DNA of 64,000 nt from an uncultured Thermoplasmata archaeon (GCA_963749205.1 CAVVLW010000010.1:4531-68530), one strand, 5' to 3'. Counted from the stretch's first letter, positions 8,767-20,418 are shown. A program made the numbers and translations. The notes: a model not told the origin generated them from the letters alone.

Positions 8767-10886
8767 TCACAGGCCTCCGAGCGGGAGGAAGTGGGAGACC
8801 GCCACGCCGACACCCTGCACCCAGGCAAGGCCGTTGAGCCAGGCGAGGAGCAGGTAGAGGAGCTTGATCCCGACGAAGGCGCTGACGAGACCTCCGAACC
8901 CGTAGTAGATCAGATTCCGGCGCAGAAGGTCAATCGCGGTCCGGGGCCGGAACGGGACGCCGGCCAGGGCGAGCGGGATCAGCACCGGGATGATGAGGGC
9001 GTTGAACAACAGGGCGGCCAGGACGGCGAGCTGAGGGTTCGAGAGGCCGAGGAGGTTCAGGAACCCGATCCCCGGGCAGCGCGACCGCCCCCGAGGCGAC
9101 GAAGATCGCCGGGATGATCGCGAAGTACTTCGCGACGTCGTTCGTGATCGAGAACGTCGTCAGGGCGCCGCGGGTGATCAGGAGCTGCTTACCGATCGAT
9201 ACGATCTCGATGAGCTTCGTGGGGTCGTTGTCGAGGTCGACCATGTTGCCGGCTTCCTTCGCGGCGCTCGTGCCGTTGTTCATCGCCAGCCCGACGTCCG
9301 CGCGCGCGAGGGCCGGAGCGTCGTTGGAGCCGTCGCCGCTCATCGCGACGAGACGACCTTCGGCCTTCTCTCGCTCGATCACCACGAGCTTGGTCTCGGG
9401 TTTCGCCTCGGCGATGAAGTCGTCGACACCGCTCTCTCGCGCGATCGCGGCCGCGGTGAGCCGGTTGTCCCCGGTGCACATGACCGTGCGGATCCCCATC
9501 GTCCGGAGCTCTCGGATCCGGTCCTTGATGCCGGGCTTCACGACGTCCTTCAGGAACACGAGGCCGACGACCCGCTTGTTCACCGAGATCGCAAGCGGGG
9601 TCATTCCCTCGCTGCGACGCCTGCGGCCGCCGACTTCCGAAGCGGACCGGGGAGGGTGCCCCGTACGCCTCGATCGCCTGGATCGACCCCTTGTAGAACT
9701 CGGTGCCGTCGGCGAGGGCAATCCCGCTCATCCGACGCTCGGCCGTGAACGGGAGGACCTTGAACGAGCCCTGTTCGAGGCGCCGGACGGGCGTCGCGCG
9801 CCGAGCGGCGAGCCGGACGATCGACTTTCCCTCGGGGGTGTCGTCCAGGCTGGAGGAGAGCATCGCCCCTTCGACCAGCGTGTCCATCGGGACGTCGGGC
9901 GCCGCGACGAACTGGACGGCGAGACGGTTCCCGACCGTGATCGTTCCGGTCTTGTCGAGGATCAGGGTGTCGAGGTCCCCCGCGGCTTCGACCGCCTTGC
10001 CCGACTTCGCGATCACGTTCGCCTGGGCGACGCGGTTGATGCCCGAGATCCCGATCGCGGGGAGCAGCGCGCCGATCGTGGTTGGCATCAGGCAGACGAA
10101 GAGCGCCACGATCGTCGCGAGGTCGATGGCGATGATGTCGGTGAAATTCGCGAGGTAGACGAACGTCACGACGACCGTGAACAGCGCGATCGTCAGCGCG
10201 GCGAGGAAGACCCCGAGCGCGAGCTCGTTCGGGGTCGGTTCGCGCGCCTGCCCTTCCACCAGGCGGATGAGCCGGTCGAGGAACGATTCGCCCCGCACAG
10301 CGCTCACGCGCACGCGGACCGTTCCCTGGACGACGTGCGCGCCGCCGAGGACGCTCGTCTTGTCGCCGCCGCTCTCCCGCGTGACCGCGGCGGACTCCCC
10401 GGTCATCATCGACTCGTCGATCAGCGCCGCGCCGTGGATCACGTCGCCGTCGATCGGGATCGGCTCCCCGGCCTGGACCTCGACCGTGTCGCCGATGCGC
10501 AGGACGTCCGACGGGACCCACCGGCTCGTGCCGTCGGGAAGGATCTGGCGCGCGCGGATGCCGCTGCGGATCTCGCGCAGGCTGTCGGCCTGGGCCCGCC
10601 CCTGCGCCTCGGCGATCGCCTCGGAGATGTGCGCGAACCAGAGCGTGAGGAACAGGATGACCGTGACGCCGAGGTAGTAGCTCGGGCTGTAGAACCGGGC
10701 GATGTCGGGGAACGCTCGGGGAAAGAGCGTCAGCACGATCAGGAAGATGAACAGCACGTAGACGACGAACATCATCGGGTTGTGGACCTCCCGACGCGGG
10801 TCGAACATCCGGAACGAATCCGCGAGGACCCGCCGCCAGGACGTGTGCGGAACCCTCCGGACCGAGACCTGCGCTCCTGCTTCCAT
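8767..10886 (-). CDS. kdpB: K+-transporting P-type ATPase subunit B; at least two frame changes
   Basis: It spans three track ORFs: 9189..10886 (DKTGTIT), 8930..9721 ([12 protein letters not shown]) and 8767..9009 (C-terminal TM helices). One shift sits at the C4G3 run at 9070-9076, and the other lies near 9620. Confidence 0.9.
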
Positions 10887-10900
10887 GCTCCGTTCTCACC

Positions 10901-12612
10901 TCACACGATCTGCGCGAGCGGCCCCATCGCGATGACGGGCAGGAAGAGCAGCGCCGAGACGATGATCAGGATCATCGTGAGGTAGATCGTGAACGTCGCA
11001 CTGGCGGTCCGGAGCGTCCCGGGCCCGGGCGGGCGCTCCGACTGCTCGGCGAACAGCCCTCCGACCTGGAGCATCGCCCAGATCGGGACGAACCGGCCCA
11101 CGAGCATCACGAGGGCGCCCGAGACGTTCCAGAACATCGTGTTGTCCGTGAACGCGGCGGTGGAGAGCGCGCTTCCGTTGTTCGCCGCCTCGGAGGTGAA
11201 CTCGTAGAGGACCGCGGTGAAGTTGTGGGCGGAGGCGGGCAGCGTGGCGGAAGCGATCCCCGGATCCCCCCACAGGACCCCGACGGAGAACGGGATCAGG
11301 ATGATCGCCGGATGAATGAGCAGGGCGAGCGCGGCCCATTTCACCTGACCGATTCCGATCTTCTTGCCGAGGTACTCGGGGGTGCGGCCCACCATCAGGC
11401 CGGCGATGAAGATCGCGAGGACCGCGAAGAGCAGCAGGGTCCCGAACCCCGTGCCTTCGCCTCCGGGAGTGCTCTGGGTGAACATCCCGAACAAGAGGAC
11501 CATCTGGGCGACCGGCGTGACCGAGCCGATCGCCATGTTGTTCGCGCCGACGTTGGAGTAGACGCTCACGACCTGGAAGAGCGAGGCCTCCGGCAGGCTG
11601 AACCGGGTCTCCTGCCCGACCGGGTAGCCGTTCGTGGACGCTCCGAGCCCGGAGACGCCCGTGAGTGCGGGGTTCGTGGCCGCCTGGTAGGCGATGAACA
11701 GTCCGAGGGCCACCGCGAAGACGATCACGATCGTCCCGACGTACGGCCACGCCTCCCCCTTCCGCCGGATGATCTGGGCGAACGCGAACGGCGTGGAGAA
11801 CGGGATCAGCATCATCACGCCGACCAGGAACAGGTTCGAGACGGCCGAGGGATTCGCGAGCGGTGATGCGGCGTTCGCGCTGAACCAACCCCCCCCGTTG
11901 GTCCCGAGCAGCGAGATCGACTGGAACGACGCGACCGGTCCGAGGTAGATTGTCTGGGTGCCGCCCGTCACCGGATAGGCGGTGACGTAGTTCTTGAACG
12001 TCTCGGGAACCCCCAGGAGCACGAGGATCACGGCGAAGAGGATCGCGAGGGGGAGGAGGACCCGGGTTACGCTTCGGACCACGTCCACGTAGAAGTTCCC
12101 GAGGGTCCCGTCCTTCCGGATGAAGCCCCGGATCATCGCGGCGGCGACGGAAAGCCCGGTCGCGGCCGAGACGAACAGCGCGAGCTGCCAGGCGATGACC
12201 TCCGAACCCATGCTGACCTGGGACTCGTTGGTGAAGTGCGTGAAGTCGGTGTTCGTCGTGAAGCTCGCCGCCGAATGGAAGGCGAGGTCCCACGACATTC
12301 CGGGGACTCGGGTCGGCGTCGAGCGGAAGGCTGGCCTGGAAGAAGAAGTAGAGATAGAGGAAGGCGAAGACCGCTCCGTTCACGAGCAGAGAGGCGACCA
12401 TGTACCTCACGCGCCCGCATCGAGCGACGAGGAGAGGTCCCGAGCAGCCGGTAGACGGCCCGCTCGAGCGGAGCCAGAATCACGTCGCCGAACGCGGGGC
12501 GGTTGAGGTAGACCCGGCCGAGGTAGGCCCCGAACCACGGGGCGATCGCGAGGATGAGGCCCACGACGAGGATGACGTCCCAGAGCGATTGCACGTCGAC
12601 CAAGGGTCCCAC
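10901..12612 (-). CDS. kdpA: K+-transporting ATPase subunit A; two frame changes
   Basis: It spans track ORFs 12133..12696 (LWDVILVVGLILAIAPWFGAYLGRVY), 10896..12410 (YMVASLLVNGAVFAFLYLYFFFQ) and 10901..12298 (main body). The start is GTG at 12612, after a G-rich stretch that follows the kdpF stop. Confidence 0.9.
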
Positions 12613-12617
12613 CCCCC

Positions 12618-12696
12618 TCAGAACTTCTCGGGGTGGATCATCGACGTAGAGCAGGTAGAGCGTGAGGGCGACGGCGATGACGGTGAGGGAGGCCAA
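12618..12696 (-). CDS. kdpF: K+-transporting ATPase small subunit F; one frame change
   Basis: TTG at 12696 opens ASLTVIAVALTLYLLYV. After a 1-nt shift the reading continues MIHPEKF and stops at TGA 12620..12618, which is the characteristic KdpF ending. It lies directly upstream of kdpA. Confidence 0.55.
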
Positions 12697-12762
12697 GTCC
12701 GAGGTTCTGCGCGAGCGCGGAAACGAGGCCCATCGGCACCTTGAGCGTTGGACCCGGAGGCC

Positions 12763-12771
12763 GTTATTTAG
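12763..12771 (-). promoter_or_regulatory. candidate TATA-like element for the kdp operon
   Basis: The minus strand reads CTAAATAAC, about 70 nt upstream of the kdpF start and overlapping the hef stop codon. It is one of the few A/T-rich spots in the region. Confidence 0.3.
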
Positions 12772-14557
12772 CCTCGACGACCCACGGGCACGCTATCGCA
12801 CGGCTCGCCAACCCTTATACGGAAGTTTTCGAGCGCGACGCCCCCCGGTTCTCGACGAGCGACCGGCGCCTTCCGGCTCCGCCCTCGGGCCTCCGAGGAG
12901 AGGCGTCGAACGATCCGTTTCATCGCCTTCTCGCGGCGGACCTCGGCGGCCTGGTACTGGACGTCCCGCGTCTCCCGCGTGAGCAGCACGGCGACGCGAC
13001 CGAGCGACGTTCGCCCGGTCCTTCCGCGTCGCTGGATGGCCCGGATCTCGCTCGGGACCGACTCGAAGAAGACGACCAGGTCGACGTCGGGCACGTCGAG
13101 GCCCTCCTCCGCGACGCTGCTCGCGACTAGGATGGGAAACCGGCCGTCCCGGAATCCCTGGAGAACCCGTCCCTGGTCCTTTTGGTTCATTCCCTTATCG
13201 TCGGGGTCGCGCGTCGCCTGCCCCACGAACCGTCCGACGGTCCATCCCTGGAGCTCGAGCATCGTCTGGATCCCCTGGATCGTGTCCCGATACTGAGCGA
13301 ACACCAGCACCCGAGGAGGGTGGTCCTGTGGCCGCGCGAGCGTCTCCCGGACCAGGTCGACCAACGCGTCTAGCTTCGGATGGGACGGTTCCTTCGATGA
13401 GCGCAGAAACTCCTTCGCTTCGCTCTGGGCGGTAACGACCTCGGGCAGTTTCAGGAAGGCAAGGTCGCCGCGGCTCGGTTTCGGTTTCGCCCCGACCCGG
13501 TCGAGGTACTGCAGGAACGGCTCGAGTCCCTGGGTCTCGAGGCGCTCCTGGGCGTGGTGGAGGTGGAGGAGCACGAGCTGGTGGAACAACGGTCCGAACC
13601 GACGCACCATCGGTCCCGGTCGGGCGAAGATCTCGGCCCGGAGCGCGATCAGGTCCTTGACCGAGAGCGACCGGATCGGTTTCTTCCGCAGGTACCCCAT
13701 CTTCTGGAGCTTGTGGGCCGTAGTGTGCGACGCCGCGGCGAGCATCTCGCGGATCCGAGTGGCCCGGGGCGAAAGGTCGACCCAGACGAGGTCGACATCG
13801 GTCGGCTGGACGTACTCGGCGACCCCGGGGTCTTCGCGGGATCGGGCCTCGATCCGCTCGACCCCGAGTGCCCCGACGACCGCCTCGATGCGCTCGTCCT
13901 TCCCCCCGGGGAGGCGGTCAGGCCCAGGACCCGCCCCCCCTGGGGGCGTTCGGCGCGGTACCTCTCGGCGATCGGTACGTAAACGTACTTCCCGACCGCG
14001 TGGTGGGCCTCGTCAAAGACGAGCAGGGCGACATCGTCCAGCCGGTACCGTTCGGCGAGGAGGTCGTTATGGACGATCTCGGGGGTCGCGAACACGATGT
14101 CGGCGGTCTCCCACGCGCCCTCGCGCACGGGACGGCGAACGGTTCCGGTGAACCGCGCGGAGCGCAGAGGGGTGAGCCAGCGGGCGAACGAATCCGCGTG
14201 TTGCTGCACCAGGGGCCGAGTGGGCGCGAGAACCAGGACCTTCCCGCTCGAACGACGAAGCACCTCGGCGGCCACGAGCGCCGCGATGACGGTCTTGCCG
14301 AGCCCCGTAGGCAGGACCACGAGCAGGTCCTCTTCTAGGTCGATGCGGGCCATGTCCAGCTGGAACGGATAGGCTCGAACGACACCGGGTCGGAGGAAGG
14401 GATGCTCCACGTGGCCTTCGACGATACGCCATACCCCCGGCAGCGCGTCGGGATGCGGTCGGGTCGCCAGGGCGGTCGGGGGCTCGGCCGCAGTGATTCC
14501 CCCGGCGGCGAAATCGTCGAGGAGACGCTGGCGGCCCACCGTGACCTCGCGACCCAT
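12768..14557 (-). CDS. hef: Hef/FANCM-like superfamily-2 helicase (helicase domains only); one frame change near 13895
   Basis: Track ORFs 13649..14557 (LPTGLGKTV, FDEAHHAV, TASPG) and 12768..13745 (VLVFAQYRDT, VASSVAEEGLDVPDV, RAIQRRGRTGR) join at a C6/G4 run at 13891-13905. Confidence 0.85.
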
Positions 14558-14563
14558 TCGCGC

Positions 14564-15860
14564 TCAGCCGACCGGGGGAGTCGCGGTGAGAGCGCTCATA
14601 CCGCCAAGGTACGGGCGCAACACCTCGGGGATCGTGACGGAACCGTCGGGCTGCTGGTATTGTTCTAGGAGCACCGCGAGCCCTCTCGAGGTCGCGATCG
14701 CAGTGGAGTTGAGCGTGTGCGGTACTCGCTTTCCCGGCCGACCCGCCTTTCCCAGTCGGATCCCCAGCCGGCGGGCCTGATAATCGGTGCAGTTCGAGCA
14801 GCTCACGACCTCGCGGTACGCTTGCTGCCGCGGGAACCACGCCTCGATGTCGTACTTCTTCGCGGCCACGGTGCCGACGTCTCCCGTACAGACGTTGACG
14901 ACCCGGTACGGGACATTGAGCCGGCGAAACACCTCCTCCGCGTTCGCCCGCAGCTCTTCGTGGATCGCCGGGGAATCCTCGGGTCGAGCGAAGACGAACT
15001 GCTCGACCTTCTGGAACTGGTGGACTCGGAAGACCCCTTTCTGGTCCACCCCGTGTCCGCCGATCTCCTTTCGGAAGCACGGGCTGAGACCCGCGAGCCG
15101 TAGGGGGAGGCGGTCCTCATCCAGGATCTCTCCCAGATACAGCGCCGCGAGCGGGTGCTCGCTCGTAGCGACGAGGTACAGGTCCTCGCCCTCGATCTTG
15201 TACATGACGTTCTCGAAGTCGGCGAGGTCCGTCACTCCCTCGTACGGTCCCCGCCGGAGCATGTACGGCGGAGCCACCGGCGTGAACCCGCGCTCGATCA
15301 GGAGGTCGAGTGCGAACCGCTGGAGGGCCAGGTCGAGGAGGACCGCGTCGCCCCGCAGGTAGTAGAAACCGGCGCCGCTGACCCGATGCGCGCGATCGAA
15401 TTCCGCCATGCCGAGGCGCTCCAGCACCTCGCCGTGCGGTGCGAGGTCCGGGCGAACCGCCCCCGGCTCGCCCCACTGGGCCACCACGACGTTCTCTGTG
15501 TCGTCCTTTCCGTAGGGGACCGACTCATCGAGGAGGTTCGGGAGGCGTCGGACCAACGCGTCTCGCGCGTCCCGCAGCTCCGACTCCCGCGCCTCGATGG
15601 CTCGCAGCGTATCGGGAATCCCCTTCGCCTCGGCGTCGAGCGTCGGGGACGGCGCCGCCTTCTTGCGCTCCGCCGCGATCTGGCGGCTCAACTCGTTCCG
15701 GCGTTGGCGAAGGTGGTCGGCGTCGACCATGGTCGCGCGCCACTCGGCGTCCTTCGCGCGCGCCTCCGCAAAGAGGCGGCCGTACCTCAGGATCCCTCCG
15801 CCGCTCCAGGTTGGCGAGGACCCGTTCGGGTTCCTTGCGCACGAGGTCGAGGTCGATCAC
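14564..15860 (-). CDS. serS: seryl-tRNA synthetase; one frame change near 15780
   Basis: Track ORF 14564..15730 carries class II motifs (FRKEIGGHG...FRVHQF and TLNSTAIATSR). The N-terminal coiled-coil start (IDLDLVRKEPERVLANLERR) is in ORF 15525..15872. The start is GTG at 15860, preceded by GGGAGG. Confidence 0.9.
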
Positions 15861-15995
15861 GTCCCTCCCCAACCACCGTCCCGCGAAAGTCTTTGTCCCT
15901 TCGGAGGGGGTCGCCTGCGGAGGTTCCGCGAACCCCCGTCCCCCGGCAAACTCCTATGTACCCTTGCGGGGGATTGGTCCCCGGGTCCTCGACTC

Positions 15996-17491
15996 ATGGC
16001 GACCAAGGTGGAGGAGTTCGGCCTGTTCATCGGCGGAAAGTGGGCGTCGCCCCGGAGGCGAAGCGGTTCGAGACCGTGAACCCGGCGACCGGGGAGCCGA
16101 TCGCCTCGTTCGTCTCGGGTACCCCGGAGGACATCGACCGGGCCGTCGGCGCGGCCGTGAAGGCGTTCCGGTCGTGGAAGGAGACGCCTGCCCCGAAGCG
16201 GGGGGACATCCTCCTCGAAGCGGCCCGCCTCTTCAAAGAGCGGAAGCCCGAGGTCGGACGTATCGTTACCCGCGAAATGGGCAAGGTGATCGCCGAGGGT
16301 CTTGGGGACGTTCAGGAGTCGATCGATTTCATCGAATACATGGCCGGTGAGGGTCGACGGCTCTTCGGGGAGACCGTCCCCTCCGAGCTCCGCTCGAAGT
16401 TCTGCCTTACGGTCCGACAGCCGAAGGGCGTCGTCGCGTGCATCACCCCGTGGAACTTCCCGACGGCGATCCCGAACTGGAAGATCGCGGCGGCCCTGAT
16501 CTCGGGGAACTCGATCGTCTTCAAACCGGCGTCGAACACCGCGCGTTGCGCGGTCGAGGTCGTCCGCATCTACGAGGACGCCGGTCTCCCTCGCGGAGTG
16601 CTCAACCTCGTCACGGGTCCCGGTGGGGTCGTCGGCAACGCCCTCGTCGGCGACCCCCGGGTCCGGGCGGTCTCGTTCACCGGAGGCGTGGAGACCGGGC
16701 GCGAGGTCTACGTACGCGGCGCCCGGGGGCTCAAGATGGTCCACCTCGAGCTCGGCGGCAAGAACCCGGTGATCCTCATGGAGGACGCCGACCTCGCTCT
16801 CGCCCTCGACGGGGTGCTGTTTGGGGCGTTCGGAACGTCGGGCCAGCGGTGCACGGCGACCAGCCGGCTGATCGTGCACAAGGACGTCTACGACGACTTC
16901 CTCGGACGATTGACGGCGCGGCTCGACAAGTTCACGGTCGGGGACCCGCTCGACCCGAAGACGGGGATGGGCCCCGTCGCTTCCGCCGACCAGGAGCGGA
17001 AGATCCTGCGCTACATCGCGGTCGGGAAGAAGGAGGCGAAGCTTCGGTACGGCGGAACGAAGCTCAAGGGAGGCGCGTACGACCGCGGTTACTTCATCGC
17101 CCCGACGATCTTCGAGACGAAGCACGGCACGCGGATCTCCAAGGAGGAGATCTTCGGGCCGGTCCTGTCGGTGATCAAGGTCCGGAACTATGAGCAGGCC
17201 GTGCGCGTCGCGAACGACGTCGACTACGGGCTCTCCTCGTCGATCTACACGCGCGACGTCAACCGCGCGTTCCGGGCGATGGGCGACTTCGAGGCCGGCA
17301 TCACCTACATCAACGCCCCCACGATCGGTGCGGAGGTCCAGCTCCCGTTCGGTGGAGTGAAGAACACCGGGAACGGGGGCCGGGAGGCCGGCAGCGTGGC
17401 GATCGAGGAGTTCACCGAGATCAAGACGGTCTTCATCGACTTCTCCTCGAAACTGCAGAAGGCCCAGATCGAGGAGAACGGCGGGGAATGA
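15996..17491 (+). CDS. NAD(P)+-dependent aldehyde dehydrogenase; one frame change near 16044
   Basis: ATG at 15996 opens MATKVEEFGLFIGGKW in ORF 15597..16079. The reading then moves to the last ~480 codons of ORF 15155..17491, which carry ELGGKNP, the GQRCTA catalytic Cys and EEIFGPV. Confidence 0.9.
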
Positions 17492-17698
17492 GCCCGTTCC
17501 GGGGCTCGGACGAGGCGCTCGAGCGCGAGATCGCCGCGACCGAGCGGATCGCGAAGGTCCGGGTCCGACGCGACGAGCGCCGAGCTGCGGGAGCTCGAGC
17601 GCGACCTCTCCGAGTTCCGTCGCGAGCGGGCGCGACGCCGCGGACCGGCCGAGGTTTCGGTACGGGCGAGCGTCACGACGGAGAGCGAGACCGCCTGA
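17488..17698 (+). CDS. possible small coiled-coil protein; one frame change
   Basis: ATG at 17488 overlaps the aldehyde dehydrogenase stop (ATGA) and opens MSPFRGSDEALEREIAATERIAKVRV. A shifted frame then reads AELRELERDLSEFRRERARRR and reaches TGA at 17696-17698. Confidence 0.3.
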
Positions 17699-17739
17699 CG
17701 TCCGACCGAACGCGGTCGGTGGGCGGCCGTCGGCGAGCG

Positions 17740-19170
17740 TCAGTACGTCGGACCGGTGCGCCCGGGGTTGTCGAAGTTCGTGAGCAGCGTCTGACCCCGG
17801 CTCTTCGGACGGCCCAGCGGCGCGAGGAGCGGGTCCTCCTCGAGGGCCGGCATCGTCTCCGAGATCGGGACATCGACCTGGATCTCGCGCGTGCGTCCCC
17901 CCCGGCCGCGAGACACGATCGTGGCTCGGATGAGGCCGAGCGATTCGAGCTCGCTCACGTAGTTCGAGATCGACCGGGCGTGGAGCGGGGGGAGGCCCAA
18001 CCGTTCGGCGAGCCGCTTGTAGTTGTCGTAGACCTCGCCGGTCAGCACGCCTGTACGACGGCGCTCGTACGATTGGAGGATCGCGTAGAGGAGCACCTTG
18101 CAGTGCGGCGGGAGGGATCGGCAGCATTCGACGATGATGTCCTTCTCGAGCCGGTTCTTCGCCTTCACGACGTGGTCGCGGGTGATCCGCTTGGCGTGGT
18201 CCCGTTCGGCCATCTCGGCCGCGAGACGCAGGAGCGCGAGCGCTCGACGGGCGTCCCCGCTCTCGAGCTGAGCGTACGCCGCGCAGAGCTCGATCACTCC
18301 CGGGTCGACGACCCCCTCGCGGAATGCAACTCGGGCCCGGTCTTGAAGGATGTCCTGGAGCTGGGGAGCCTTGTAGGGGTCGAAGAGGATCTTCTCCTCG
18401 TTGAGGCGGCTGCGGACGCGCGCATCCAGATGGTTCGTGAACTTCAAATCGTTCGAGATGCCGAGGAGGACGAGGCGCGCGGTCTCGAGCTCGGTGTTGA
18501 TCTGGCTCAACGTGTAGAGTACGTTGTCGCCGCTGCGGGCGACCAGTCGGTCGATCTCGTCCAGGACCAGGATGATCGTCCCGCCCTTCGTGTCCATCAA
18601 TCGACGCATCGCCGCCTGGACGCGGTCGAGGGACCAACCCGTCGGGATCCGGTCGGCATCGGTCTTCGCGAACGTGTTCCCGATGTTCTGGAGCAGGCTG
18701 TAGGCGGTGTCGATGTTTCCGCAGTTCACCGTGACGAACGTGAGTTTGGACGCGGCCTCGGCGCGACGTTGCAGGTCTTGGCGGACCTGCGTCACGACCG
18801 CGGTCTTGCCGGTCCCGATCTTGCCGTAGATCAAGAGGTTCGAAGGAACGTCGCCCCGGAGCGCGGGTACAAGCACCTCCGCGACCTGACGCAGTTCGCC
18901 GTCGCGGTGCGGAAGTCGCGCGGGAACGTAGGAGTCGCGCAGCACCTCGCGGCTCTCGCGGAAAAGCTCGCTCTTCGTTTGCAGGAACGCGTCGAGGAAC
19001 TCCGCGGTCGAGGTTCCGGGCGAGGGGGACGCGGGACCGTACGACCGGTTCGGCGCCGACCCCCCGCTCGGCGGGCGGTCACTGACCGGCGTGACCGCCC
19101 CGTTGTTGGCTGTGTGCGGTTCCAACCGTTCCGACGTTTCCGCCGGCCGGTCTTCGGTAGCAGGTGGCAC
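17740..19170 (-). CDS. cdc6: Orc1/Cdc6 replication initiator
   Basis: Track ORF 17740..19170 is intact. It has Walker A (YGKIGTGKTA), Walker B (ILVLDEIDRL), GISNDL and a C-terminal winged helix (ISNYVSELESLGLI). Confidence 0.92.
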   Translation of the reverse strand: MPPATEDRPAETSERLEPHTANNGAVTPVSDRPPSGGSAPNRSYGPASPSPGTSTAEFLDAFLQTKSELFRESREVLRDSYVPARLPHRDGELRQVAEVLVPALRGDVPSNLLIYGKIGTGKTAVVTQVRQDLQRRAEAASKLTFVTVNCGNIDTAYSLLQNIGNTFAKTDADRIPTGWSLDRVQAAMRRLMDTKGGTIILVLDEIDRLVARSGDNVLYTLSQINTELETARLVLLGISNDLKFTNHLDARVRSRLNEEKILFDPYKAPQLQDILQDRARVAFREGVVDPGVIELCAAYAQLESGDARRALALLRLAAEMAERDHAKRITRDHVVKAKNRLEKDIIVECCRSLPPHCKVLLYAILQSYERRRTGVLTGEVYDNYKRLAERLGLPPLHARSISNYVSELESLGLIRATIVSRGRGGRTREIQVDVPISETMPALEEDPLLAPLGRPKSRGQTLLTNFDNPGRTGPTY

Positions 19171-19343
19171 CGTCGACGCCTACCCGGGCCTCGGGCGGCG
19201 ATGCGAGGCAGGCGTGCCATATCAACCTTCTGCAAGAATTTTTGAAAATCGCCGGGGAGGGGCGCGTCGCGCGTCGCATCGGGGTTCCGGGCGCCTGTGC
19301 ACGCCACTTCGTTTCGACCGAACGCATTTGAAGGGGCTCCGTC

Positions 19344-19580
19344 TTGGTCTCCGCGATGTCGGAGTACGCCACCGGTGCCGGGGACCACTCGCACCACGTT
19401 TCGAGCCCGATCTCGGTGACCTGGGTCGTGGCCGCGTCCCTCCTCTGTGCCGTCGGCCTGACCCTTCTCTGGTGGGGGCTGATGACGATATCGTGGCCCT
19501 ACTTCGTGCTAGGCCCGCTCTTCGTCTTCGCGGGGACCCTCATGCTCCTCGACCAGCGCGCCGGCCTGGACCACGCGTAG
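19344..19580 (+). CDS. small membrane protein (2 TM helices)
   Basis: Track ORF 19344..19580. The likely start is ATG at 19356. Two clear hydrophobic helices are present. Confidence 0.5.
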   Translation: MVSAMSEYATGAGDHSHHVSSPISVTWVVAASLLCAVGLTLLWWGLMTISWPYFVLGPLFVFAGTLMLLDQRAGLDHA

Positions 19581-19598
19581 TCGCTCGGACCCGGTGGG

Positions 19599-20418
19599 AT
19601 GACGGCCTCGCCCTCGGGGGAACGGCCGCTCGTTGTCGTCAAGCTCGGCGGGTCGGTGATCACTCGGAAGCGCGAGGTCGAGCGCGCCCGCCCGAAGGTG
19701 CTCGCGCGACTGGCACGGGAGATCTCCGCCGTGAAGGACCGACGCGTCGTCGTCCTCCACGGCGCGGGCTCGTTCGGTCACCCTGGAGCGCTCCAGTTCG
19801 GCCTCGCGCGAGCTCCGCTCGATTCGGAGTCCCCGGGCCACCGGGCGCGCGGCGCCGCGATCGTGGCGACCGAGGTCCGACGTCTGCACCTGTTGGTCCT
19901 TCGCGCCCTGGTCCGCGCGGGGGTCTCCCCGGCATCCGTCCCCATCGCCACCCACGCCCTCAATCGCGAGGGCCGGTCGGTCGAGTTCGACGCGGCCCCG
20001 TTCGCGGACGCGCTCCACCGCGGCCTCACCCCCGTTTCCTTCGGGGACGTCGTGCCGGACGAACGTTGGGGAGCTTCGATCCTGAGCGCGGACACGATCG
20101 CCGAAAAGCTGGTCCTCCCGCTTCGGCCGTCGCGGGTCCTCTTCGTGAGCGACGTGGCAGGGATCTTGGAAGGACCTGCCCGCGGCCGTGCGTACCGTCG
20201 TCCGCGACCTCACGGACGATGTCGTCGCTGGCCTGCGACCCGCCCAGGGCGCCCCGGATGTCACGGGGGGCATTCGCAGCAAAGCGGAGTCGATGCTCCG
20301 GATCGCGGACGCCGGCGTGGACGCAGGTCTTATTAGCGGACTCACGGATGGTGGACTCTCTCGCGCCCTTCGGGGGGAGATGGTCTACGGGAGCTGGGCG
20401 CACGCACGGTCCGGATGA
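19599..20418 (+). CDS. ipk: isopentenyl phosphate kinase; one frame change near 20175
   Basis: Track ORF 19599..20336 has VVKLGGSV and HGAGSFGH. The C-terminus (DVTGGIRSKAESMLRIADAG) is in ORF 20188..20418. Confidence 0.85.

Noticed and set aside
15857-18637. A 926-aa ORF on the minus strand. Similar very long ORFs include 17488..19245 (+), 20817..22859 (-), the first two thirds of 19091..21355 (+), 55551..57335 (+) and 60322..62328 (+).
   Set aside because: Their translations are dominated by Arg/Pro/Gly/Asp with no recognisable motifs. Each lies antisense or off-frame to a well-supported gene (aldehyde dehydrogenase, cdc6, ipk/fni, elp3, lhr, purQ/moeA). These are classic shadow ORFs of high-GC DNA with few stop codons.
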